A DNA stretch of 64,000 bases from Flectonema sp. DT1601 (lineage: Eukaryota), in the NCBI GenBank assembly GCA_964019425.1, contig OZ025796.1, positions 372,001-436,000 of the forward strand, read 5' to 3'. Shown one piece after another: positions 13,169 to 25,000 of this stretch. Each line of letters opens with the position of its first letter. Position 1 is the first letter of the stretch. The notes below the pieces were generated by a model, which had not been told where the DNA came from, did not search any database, and was given only the letters and a program-made list of their open reading frames with translations. The translations under genes and the position numbers were made by a program.

Positions 13169-16100
13169 AATCCATTTAGTAACTGCTTGTCTTTCTCGAG
13201 GGAGGCTGACATCGCATTAAAGTAAAATAAAAATAGAACATAAAAAATTCGTTCTTTCATTTGCTCTAATTCGTTTTCTAAAATCTGGCATTTCAAGGAA
13301 AGTTTCAGCCTTAATTTTCCTTCTTTTTTTTTGTACAAGGGGGTTTGAGAACCCATGTCAGATTGAGTTCTTATCACCATAGCAAAATCAGTAAGAAGTG
13401 TTTGCGATCCCGTTGACATGAGTTCAGGTGGGGGAGTCTGGAAAGAGATGGAAGAAATAGAAGAGAATGACAAGGAGAGTCCAGTGAGCTCATCCTCATC
13501 TAACAAAACAGAAGGGGCCGGGGAGGAAGAACCATTGGCAATAAGTAGAATAGAAAGAGCCGATGCGTAACAAGTTTGCCAGATAAAACATTTCTCAAGC
13601 CACGATCTTTCAATGGTGAGCTTTTCGATCGTTTTCAGTTTTGTTATTTTGTGGATTTTGACTTCTTCCACAGGGAAGATTTCTTTACCATCTTTTATAA
13701 AACTTGCAGTGGCAGGTTCTTCTTTAATGCTGCGCATTAGTGGTCTTGAATGCCACGTGGGGAGGTTCCTCGTCTGGAACAGAACATATGAGCACTGTCT
13801 GGCGATTCTGGTGCATTCACAAAATAAAGCTTTTGTTGGTGCTAAAGGTAAACCGATGTGACGTGTCCAGATGTTCAGCTGGTCCATGCAGATGTTTCCT
13901 CGTACGCCAACTTCAATAGTAAAAATGTTACAGTCGAAGCCATTAGCGATGATCGAGTCTCTTAGCTTTAGGTATTTCTTTTCCTTTAAGACATGAGAGG
14001 TTTCGAAACGATCTTCATTTGGACACGTCAGCTCCAGAATCAGTGCTCTTTTCGCAAAAAAAGAATAAATAAAAATGTCTGGTCTTAGAGAGGACGAGAC
14101 ATGGCACACTTCAAGAGGAACAATTAGGCGGTTATCACCGACATCGTCGAGGATGACCCAATCATTCGCTAGTGAAAGTTCGCCTGTCTCTTTAGAAATT
14201 CTTTCTAGGGGTTTATTTTCCCCTGTTTTTAAAAAAGTTTGAGAGGGAGGCGGGAGGTTTTCTTTTCTTTTGTTGGCTTTTATTATCAACTCTTCCAAGA
14301 AGATAACAATGCGTTTTAGAACGCTGTCGTGACGCCACGTGAACCTCCCTTGTGTTAAAGAGACAGGACAGCCTGTTAAGACATGCCTGAGGGTAGGATT
14401 CACTTTGCCACACAAAACACAATTTTGGTCCACATTGGTGATGTTCCACCTCTTTAAATTATCTTGTGAGGGGAGGGTGTTTGTAACCGCTTTCAGTTGA
14501 AATGAGATATAGGCAGGATTTCCCTCCCTAAGTACCTTATTCCAGGTGAAGTCGTTTATCATACATTTAGACCACTCCTTCCACTGACCTTGGACTTGTA
14601 ATTTATTCAAAGAGTTCAGTAGTTCATCTGTGGCTTCCACTTCAAAACGCTTAAGGAGATCGGGGCGAGTAGTACGTAGATCGCGCAATCGGTGACCAAG
14701 ACCAGCTGATTGCTTCGCAAGAGAACGGTAAGAAAAAAACTTAATAAGGCGCTCCCACTCAGCAGAAGCTGAAAACTTTTTCGACCAGTTGGACGATTTC
14801 TCCATAATAACATTGTAGACACCGTGCATGTCAGAGTCCTGTGAGGATCTGAGGATGTCTAGTTTAATTGATTGCGCTTGTTTATATAGCGTCTCAACTC
14901 TTTTGTGTCTGAGACCAACAGTGTTCTTTGAACCGGTAAAAAGGATGACTGTGTTCGCAGAGCGGACAAATCCCCACCATTTCTTCAAAAAAGGTTTAAT
15001 AATTTTGTCCATTTTTTTGGCAAAAGGGAGAGATAAGTCATGGATCATTAAACTCCATGTTAACCTTGACAATAACAAATGTTGGACAGACCAAGCCTTC
15101 TGAGACCCATATAGTGGCATGGCGTCGACTTTTTTTAAAAAATTCCTGGTAAAAGTGGTCAGGCGCTCTCGCAATTTCTGTTCTTTGGCGTTCGGCTCAA
15201 ACCAACGCCCGAGGTATTTGAACTCTCCAGCTTCCTGGAGATTCGTAATCGGAACATTGTTAATCTTCAGGTCCGGGTTAGCTGGTTTCCCTTGTACAAA
15301 GCTGTGGGCAATGCATTTCTAGGGTTTCGCTTTCATACCACGAGACCAGGAAAGAAACTGTTCGAGCGACTTGATTAGCAATTTTGCCCCCGCCTTTGAT
15401 GACGTGGTAAGTTGTAAATCATCAGCAAAAGCTGCAACTAATAGTTGGAGGGATTTATTGTTAAACTCGTAGGCTTCCTGTTGATGAACTGCTAAGGAAA
15501 AGAGCAGTAGTTGGAATACCAAATTAAAAAGGGTTGGGGAGGAAACGCAGCCTTGAAAGACACCAACTTCAAAAGGGATAGTGGGCGTCAGGCCTTCTCC
15601 AACTCTGATTTGGACGCGCATGGAGGAATAATACCTTTTATAGAAACCGATTATTCTTTCGTGAATTCCGAAATATTTTAAAGCAAAGAAAATTAATTGA
15701 TGTTTGACTGAGCCGAAAGCATCTGCCAAATCCACCCAGACAATTGTTAGGTTTTTCCGGAGAGCTTTCACTTCTTTAAAAATCTCTGAGGTGATCGTGG
15801 CATGTTCGATACACCCAGAGACACCTTTCCTAAAGCCTTTTTGAAAATTAAATTTAGAAAGAGTGTGGTTTGCGACGGCTTCCTGAATAACCGTATTAAA
15901 AATTTTCCCGTCGCAGTTGCCCACAGCTATCGGTCTCGTTTTCGAGATGTCTTTCCCATCGGAGTTGGGCTTTGGGAGCATTGTTACAAATGCTAAGCCC
16001 CAACTATCCGGATAGGCCTTGAGTTCGAAAATTCTCTTTAATACCTTGTAAAGTGCTTCCATAAAAGTTGGGACCTTTTTCCATACAACATAAGGTATGC

Positions 16101-16526
16101 AATTGGGACCAGGGGCACATTTGTTTTTTTTCTTTGATAAGAGAATACCAAACTGTTCGAAGCTCGGGAACTGGATATCATCCATTGTCTTGTAGTCAGA
16201 CTTAGGTAAAAAAGAGGGATGGGTGAAATCAGTTTTTTTTTTTTCATTGTCACAATAATTGTTTTTAAAATGTTCAATTATTTTTTCCTCTGGAATATCA
16301 AGGGAGGGGGGTTGAGGATCTTCTTTTTGGAGTTCTTCTTTTATGGCAGTAAACGGATTTTGACGAAATTTATCTTGTAATTTTTTGAATAAATTTTTCT
16401 TTTCTAAATTCCGATACATTCGGAAAATCCTTTTCATTCTCGTTCTTGCCTCTTTCCATTTGACAGCGTTCTCTATAGAAGGCCCGGATTTGCGGAGCTC
16501 CTGTCTTAGCTGTTTCATTTCCAGAC
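13169..16526 (-). mobile_element. Non-LTR retrotransposon copy B, 5' half (RT to endonuclease), 5'-truncated, nonsense mutation
   Basis: Colinear with copy A 23179-26536. CAG>TAG at 15321 splits the ORF into 15319-16518 and 13105-15174. It is joined at 16526/16527 directly to the T-rich distal 3' UTR of copy A. Confidence 0.93.
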
Positions 16527-16654
16527 AAAAAAAGAAAAAAAAGACCAGAAAAGGAAAGAGAAAATGAAAAGGTATAATATTATTGTGGGGATATGAGGAT
16601 AGCAGGGAGATGCTCTTTTTTTTTTTTTTTTTTTTTTATTATTTAAAAAAAAGG

Positions 16655-16747
16655 AAACAATCAGTTTAGCGTCTCGATCAGGACGGAAAATAGAAATTAA
16701 TCGACATAGTCGATCGATAGAAAAAAAACAATGATAACATTGTTTAT

Positions 16748-16780
<33 letters not shown>

Positions 16781-17037
16781 CTTTTAATTATTTTAAAGAA
16801 AAAACAATCAGTTTAGCGTCTTGACCAGGACGGAAAATAGAAAGTAATCGACATAATCGATCGATAAAAAAAAAACAATGATAACATTGTTTATTCCTTT
16901 TTTTTTTTTTTTTTTTTTTTTATTCTTTTTATTTATTTTTAAAGAAAAAACAATCAGTTTAGCGTCCTGACCAGGACGGAAAATTGAAAGTGATCGACAT
17001 AGTCGATCGATAAAAAAGCAATGATAACATTGTTTAT

Positions 17038-17076
<39 letters not shown>

Positions 17077-18977
17077 TTTTAATTATTTTTTAAAGAAAAA
17101 ACAATCAGTTTAGCGTCTTGACCAGGACGGAAAATAGAAAGTGATCGACATAGTCGATCGATAAAAAACAATGATAACATTGTTTATTCTTTTTTTTTTT
17201 TTTTTTTTTTTTATTCCTTTTTATTATTTTAAAGAAAAAACAATCAGTTTAGCGTCTTGACCAGGACGGAAAATAGAAAGTGATCGACATAGTCGATCGA
17301 TAAAAAACAATGATAACATTGTTTATTCTTTTTTTTTTTTTTTTTTTTTTTTAATCCTTTTTATTATTTTAAAGAAAAAACAATCAGTTTAGCGTCTTGA
17401 CCAGGACGGAAAATAGAAAGTGATCGACATAGTCGATCGATAAAAAAACAATGATAACATTGTTTATTCTTTTTTTTTTTTTTTTTTAAATTCTTTTTAA
17501 TTATTTTTAAAGAAAAAAAACGGAAAATAAAAATTAGTCGACAAAGTCGAACGATATAAAAAAAAAACAATGATAACATTGTTTATTCTTTTTTTTTTGT
17601 TTTTTTTTATATTCTTTTTTAATAATTTTGAAAAAAAAACAATCAGTTTAGCGTCTTGACCAGGACGGAAAATAGAAAGTAATCGACATAGTCGATCGAT
17701 AAAAAAAAACAATGATAACATTGTTTACTCTTTTTTTTTTTTTTTTTTTTTTAAATTCTTTTTATTTATTTTTTAAAAAGAAAAAAAAACGGAAAATAGA
17801 AATTAGTCAACAAAGTCGAACGATAAAAAAAAAAACAATGATAACATTGTTTATTCTTTTTTTCTTTATTTTTTTTTTATATTCTTTTTTATTAATTTTG
17901 AAAAAAAAAACAATCAATTTAGCGTCTTGACCAGGACGGAAAATAGAAAGTGATCGACATAGTCGATCGATAAAAAAAACAATGATAACATTGTTTATTC
18001 TTTTTTTTTTTTTTTTTAAATCCTTTTTTTTTTTTTTTTAAAGAAAAAACAATCAGTTTAGCGTCTTGACCAGGACGGAAAATAGAAAGTAATCGACATA
18101 GTCGATCGATAAAAAAAAGACAATGATAACATTGTTTATTCTTTTTTTTTATTTTAAATTCTTTTTATTTATTTTTTAAAAAGAAAAAAAAAAACGGAAA
18201 ATAGAAATTAGTCAACAAAGTCGAACGATAAAAAAAAAACAATGATAACATTGTTTATTCTTTTTTTTTTATTTTTTTTTGTATTCTTTTTTATTAATTT
18301 TGAAAAAAAACAATCAGTTTTGCGTCTTGACCAGGACGGAAAATAGAAAGTGATCGACATAGTCGATCGATAAAAAAACAATGATAACATTGTTTATTCT
18401 TTTTTTTTTTTTTTTTTTTTTTTTAAATCCTTCTTATTATTTTTTAAAGAAAAAACAATCAGTTTAGCGTCTTGACCAGGACGAAAAATAGAAAGTGATC
18501 GACATAGTCGATCGATAAAAAAACAATGATAACATTGTTTATTCTTTTTTTTTTTTTTTTTTTTTTTTTAAAATCCTTCTTATAATTTTTTAAAGAAAAA
18601 ACAATCAGTTTAGCGTCTTGACCAGGACGGAAAATAGAAAGTAATCGACATAGTCGATCGATAAAATAAAAACAATGATAACATTGTTTATTCCTTTTTT
18701 TTTTTTTTTTTTTTATTCTTTTTATTTATTTTTAAAGAAAAAACAATCAGTTTAGCGTCCTGACCAGGACGGTAAATAGAAAGTGATCGACATAGTCGAT
18801 CGATAAAAAAACAATGATAACATTGTTTATTCTTTTTTTTTTTTTTTTTTTTTTTTTTTTATTCTTTTTATTTATTTTTTAAAGAAAAAACAATCAGTTT
18901 AGCGTCTTGACCAGGACGGAAAATAGAAATTAGTCGACAAAGTCGATCGATAACAAAACAATGATAACATTGTTTAT

Positions 18978-19011
<34 letters not shown>

Positions 19012-20478
19012 TCTTTTTATTTATTTTTTAAAGAAAAAACAATCAGTTTAGCGTCCTGACCAGGACGGAAAATAGAAAGTAATCGACATAGTCGATCGAT
19101 AAAAAGAAAACAATGATAACATTGTTTAATCTTTTTTTTTTTTTTTTTTTTTTATTCTTTTTATTTATTTAGAAAAAACAATCAGTTTAGCGTCTTGACC
19201 AGGACGGAAAATAGAAATTAGTCGACAAAGTCGATCGATAAAAAAAACAATGATAACATTGTTTACTCTTTTTTTTTTTTTTTTTTTTAAATTCTTTTTA
19301 TTTATTTTTTAAGGGAAAAAAACGGAAAATAAAAATTAGTCGACAAAGTCGAACGATAAAAAAACAATGATAACATTGTTTATTCTTTTTTTTTATTTTT
19401 TTTTTTTATATTCTTTTTTATTAATTTTGAAAAAAAAAAAAAAAAAACAATCAGTTTAGCGTCTTGACCAGGACGGAAAATAGAAAGTAATCGACATAGT
19501 CGATCGATAAAAAAAAAACAATGATAACATTGTTTAATCTTTTTTTTTTTTTTTTTTTTTTATTCTTTTTATTTATTTAGAAAAAACAATCAGTTTAGCG
19601 TCTTGACCAGGACGGAAAATAGAAATTAGTCGACAAAGTCGATCGATAAAAAAACAATGATAACATTGTTTATTCTTTTTTTTTTTTTTTTTTTTTTAAA
19701 TTCTTTTTATTTATTTTTTAAGGGAAAAAAACGGAAAATAAAAATTAGTCGACAAAGTCGAACGATAAAAAAACAATGATAACATTGTTTATTCTTTTTT
19801 TTTATTTTTTTTTTTTATATTCTTTTTTATTAATTTTGAAAAAAAAAAAAAAAAAAAACAATCAGTTTAGCGTCTTGACCAGGACGGAAAATAGAAAGTA
19901 ATCGACATAGTCGATCGATAAAAAAACAATGATAACATTGTTTATTCTTTTTTTTTTTTTTTTTTTTTTAAATTCTTTTTATTTATTTTTTAAGAAAAAC
20001 GGAAAATAGAAATTGGTCGACAAAGTCGAACGATAAAAAAACAATGATAACATTGTTTATTCTTTTTTTTATTTTTTATTTTTATATTCTTTTTTATTAA
20101 TTTTGAAAAAAAAAAAAAAAAAAAAAACAATCAGTTTAGCGTCTTGACCAGGACGGAAAATAGAAAGTAATCGACATAGTCGATCGATAAAAAAACAACG
20201 ATAACATTGTTTATTCTTTTTTTTTTTTTTTTTTTTTTAAATTCTTTTTATTTATTTTTTAAGAAAAACGGAAAATAGAAATTGGTCGACAAAGTCGAAC
20301 GATAAAAAAACAATGATAACATTGTTTATTCTTTTTTTTATTTTTTTTTTTTTATATTCTTTTTTATTAATTTTGAAAAAAAAAAAAAAACAATCAGTTT
20401 AGCGTCTTGACCAGGACGGAAAATAGAAAGTAATCGACATAGTCGATCGATAAAAAAACAATGATAACATTGTTTAAT
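16655..20478 (-). repeat. Tandem hairpin-unit array in the copy A 3' UTR (~3.8 kb)
   Basis: Same unit as 1-3285. The terminal variant gtctcgatcaggacg (16671) and the flanking unique sequence match the end of the copy C array (12688-12858). Confidence 0.95.
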
Positions 20479-20730
20479 CTTTTATAATTTTTTTTTTTTT
20501 TTATTTGTTTTTAAAAAAAAAAAAAAAAAAAAAACAAGCGGAATTGATCATAATGGGTGGTAGGGGTTGTTATAACTTCGTTTGAAAATTCTTCTTTTTT
20601 GATTTCTTTTTTTTTTTTTTCTTTTTATAGGAGTTAAGATCACTTCAGGAGACAACACATAAACGAGAGCAGCAAGCAGAGTTGACACTATCAATTCAAA
20701 TTTGAAATACCGGGAATTAATTTACAAGGA

Positions 20731-20825
20731 GGTATCTCAAGTGACTTGGTATCTCTAGCGTGTCGGTATCTCTGGAGTGCTGGTATCTCGTATGTGCGTT
20801 GGTATCTCATGAGTGATGGTATCTC
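20731..20825. repeat. Six GGTATCTC motifs, copy A
   Basis: Same ladder and spacers as 3536-3630. Confidence 0.9.
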
Positions 20826-21158
20826 TTGTGCATTAGAGAAACTAAAAAGAATGTCATGACCATGACGGAAGAATTGCGGAATTGAGTTAACATGTTCAAT
20901 TTAACTTATTTAAACTTTTTTTTTTTTTTTTTAACAGACCGTAACTATTTGAAAATAAAATGTAGATGGGAAACAGTGAAAAGTAAAATGGATGATAAAA
21001 TTAAATGAGAAATATATGACATAACAGACCAGATAGAGAGTATTAAAAGGAAATTGAAAAGGAAAAGAGAAACTAGGTTAACACTTATTTAAAATTAAGA
21101 CCAGTTAGTCAGTTTAAGGTCTTGACTAGGACCAACAAAAAAGAAAGAAAAAAAAATT

Positions 21159-21565
21159 AACGATCATGCTGAGCTGATCTTGTTTTTATTACAAATAGGG
21201 GAGCGGGAGGGATGGAAGGAATAGAAGAAAAAAAAAAGAAAAGGTTGATCAATTGGATCTGATCGTCAAGAGGAAGAAATTATTTTAAAGGTTGATCGGT
21301 ATAGCCGATCGTTGAGAAAAATAAACAGATATAAATACAATCAGTTTAAATTAAAAAAAGAAAAAAAGATTAACGATCAAGCTGAGCTGATCTTGTTTTT
21401 ATTTAAAATTAGGGGAGCGGGAGGGATGGAAGGAATAAAGGAAAAAAAAAAAAAAGGTCGATCAATTGGATCTGATCGTCGAGAAGAAGAAAACAATTAT
21501 TTATAAAAAAAAAATGGTCGGTATAGCCGATCGTTGAGAAAAGAACAGATATAAATACAATCGGT
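21159..21565 (-). repeat. Two copies of the ~215 bp GATC-hairpin repeat (copy A 3' UTR)
   Basis: Same duplicated unit as 3958-4358. Confidence 0.88.
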
Positions 21566-22067
21566 TTTGGTGATCGACGAGTGGAGCGATCACTTGACAA
21601 GAAGGAAAAAGAAAGGACCGATTAATTGGGGCTTTGATTGTATTCCCAAGGCATGTTTTTTTTTTTTTTTTTTTATTTATTCATTTACATTATTATTTTT
21701 TTTTTTTTTTTTTTAAATTAATAATCACATTTTGTTCAAAAATATTTCATATTAGAGTAAAAGAAAAAGAAAAAAAGAAATAAGAGGAAAAAAAAAAAGA
21801 AAAAAAAAACCATTGCTGGCCCCCTCACCACTCATAGAGGATGAGGAGGCCAGTAAGGCGTCACTCAAATCTATGCCAAGCCTTGGGAACTTGGATTGGG
21901 GTTTAGACCATTTACAATTAACAATTAACAATTAACCTGATTAACGTTATGATCTGACGGACATAAAACATATCGATAAAATAATACAAACAAAAACAAA
22001 CAATAAATAATAAATAAGCTAAAAAAACTAAATAAACAAAGTGATGTGAAAGTAAGGAAAGAGAGAA

Positions 22068-25000
22068 TTACAAGGGGGTGGAGTCACCGTGAACGTCATC
22101 AGCAGAACATCTCCTTCGATTGTAACGATATCTTGATGGAGGGGTTCGTTTTTTCAGAGTTGAACGCTCAGACTTTCTCGGCGGAGTTTCATTTTCCTCA
22201 TGTTCTTCTGTGTCTGGCGGACTCAAACCTTCTGCCCATGAAGCTAATTGGAACTTCAGGGCCGCAATTTGAGACCGTGCCAAGGCGAGTTGAGCATTTA
22301 AATCGCTCGCCAGTCCCGTTAACATCATGGATTGCTCAAGCTGCTCTGCGTGAGTTGTACACCGTTGGTGATTCAGCTCCGAGAGGCGAAGTTGGGCATC
22401 CAGAAGTTGTTCTGAGAGCTCTGCCGCTTTCTCGTTTGTTTCGAGAGAGTCATCTACTGCTCGACAGTAGTTCTCGAGTAAGTCAATCCTACCCTCGGAC
22501 CATTGTCTCGCAATAGGTGTATTCTCTTTAACGGAGATAACGTGACTCTCTTGTCGTAAAATCTTGGTCGGCGTGCGGTCGAGAGCTTCACTCTGCGGCA
22601 TTGTCGGAGGAATTGAGGCTAGAGGACAAAGAGGGGTGATATAATTAAGGGTAGGGATAAGGGGTTTAATAAGAGGAGTAAAAAGACTACTCGTAGTTGT
22701 AAAGAGCGAGAGGTAGTTCTTTGCTATCTTCATCATAGCAACAGATTCATACAGAACGGGGGTTCGGGGGGAAACTTGTTGACTAAAGTGGGTCATACGG
22801 GGACGCGCGGCACGCAAACTCTCGACCTCCTGTTGAGTATAGAAAAGTCTTATTTTACTTTCTCTTTCCTCATTACATTTGGTCTCCAATTCGTTCGACA
22901 GAAGAACAAACCTTTGATGGTAATTAAAGAGCGCCATTTCCGATAGGTCTGCTCTCTGAGTCAGATTTGCGAGCTCACGTTTCCTGTAATCTTCCACTAA
23001 GTCATATTGTCGAACTAGTGCAGAAAGAGAAGTCTTCGATTCATCGCGTTCTGCTGTTAACCGTTGAATTACTCCTTCCAGAAGTTCATATTCTTTTCTA
23101 TCTTTTTCAATAATTAAAACAGGGGGCGCAGGAGGAAGTGAGGATGGATCCTGGTTGGTAGCTTTGATCTCAACAGGTAATCCATTTAGTAACTGCTTGT
23201 CTTTCTCGAGGGAGGCTGACATCGCATTAAAGTAAAATAAAAATAGAACATAAAAAATTCGTTCTTTCATTTGCTCTAATTCGTTTTCTAAAATCTGGCA
23301 TTTCAAGGAAAGTTTCAGCCTTAATTTTCCTTCTTTTTTTTTGTACAAGGGGGTTTGAGAACCCATGTCAGATTGAGTTCTTATCACTATAGCGAAATCA
23401 GCAGGAAGTGTTTGCGATCCCGTTGACATGAGTTCAGGTGGGGGAGTCTGGAAAGAGATGGAAGAAATAGAAGAGAATGACAAGGAGAGTCCAGTGAGCT
23501 CATCCTCATCTAACAAAACAGAAGGGGCCGGGGAGGAAGAACCATTGGTAATAAGTAGAATAGAAAGAGCCGATGCGTAACAAGTTTGCCAGATAAAACA
23601 TTTCTCAAGCCACGATCTTTCAATGGTGAGCTTTTCGATCGTTTTCAGTTTTGTTACTTTGTGGATTTTGACTTCTTCCACAGGGAAGATTTCTTTACCA
23701 TCTTTTATAAAACTTGCAGTGGCAGGTTCTTCTTTAATGCTGCGCATTAGTGGTCTTGAATGCCACGTGGGGAGGTTCCTCGTCTGGAACAGAACATATG
23801 AGCACTGTCTGGCGATTCTGGTGCATTCACAAAATAAAGCTTTTGTTGGTGCTAAAGGTGAACCGATGTGACGTGTCCAGATGTTCAGCTGGTCCATGCA
23901 GATGTTTCCTCGTACGCCAACTTCAATAGTAAAAATGTTACAGTCGAAGCCATTAGCGATGATCGAGTCTCTTAGCTTTAGGTATTTCTTTTCCTTTAAG
24001 ACATGAGAGGTTTCGAAACGATCTTCATTTGGACACGTCAGCTCCAGAATCAGTGCTCTTTTCGCAAAAAAAGAATAAATAAAAATGTCTGGTCTTAGAG
24101 AGGACGAGACATGGCACACTTCAAGAGGAACAATTAGGCGGTTATCACCGACATCGTCGAGGATGACCCAATCATTCGCTAGTGAAAGTTCGCCTGTCTC
24201 TTTAGAAATTCTTTCTAGGGGTTTATTTTCCCCTGTTTTTAAAAAAGTTTGAGAGGGAGGCGGGAGGTTTTCTTTTCTTTTGTTGGCTTTTATTATCAAC
24301 TCTTCCAAGAAGATAACAATGCGTTTTAGAACGCTGTCGTGACGCCACGTGAACCTCCCTTGTGTTAAAGAGACAGGACAGCCTGTTAAGACATGCCTGA
24401 GGGTAGGATTCACTTTGCCACACAAAACACAATTTTGGTCCACATTGGTGATGTTCCACCTCTTTAAATTATCTTGTGAGGGGAGGGTGTTTGTAACCGC
24501 TTTCAGTTGAAATGAGATATAGGCAGGATTTCCCTCCCTAAGTACCTTATTCCAGGTGAAGTCGTTTATCATACATTTAGACCACTCCTTCCACTGACCT
24601 TGGACTTGTAATTTATTCAAAGAGTTCAGTAGTTCATCTGTGGCTTCCACTTCAAAACGCTTAAGGAGATCGGGGCGAGTAGTACGTAGATCGCGCAGTC
24701 GGTGACCAAGACCAGCTGATTGCTTCGCAAGAGAACGGTAAGAAAAAAACTTAATAAGGCGCTCCCACTCAGCAGAAGCTGAAAACTTTTTCGACCAGTT
24801 GGACGATTTCTCCATAATAACATTGTAGACACCGTGCATGTCAGAGTCCTGTGAGGATCTGAGGATGTCTAGTTTAATTGATTGCGCTTGTTTATATAGC
24901 GTCTCAACTCTTTTGTGTCTGAGACCAACAGTGTTCTTTGAACCGGTAAAAAGGATGACTGTGTTCGCAGAGCGGACAAATCCCCACCATTTCTTCAAAA

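Noticed and set aside
16655..20478. Array as the genomic target site rather than part of the element
   Set aside because: Copies A and C have the same unique flanks on both sides of the array, and the array inverts together with copy C.
1333..21600. Short Lys/Phe-rich ORFs in the repeat arrays and antisense ORFs over the retrotransposon
   Set aside because: These are homopolymer translations or shadows of the real ORF.
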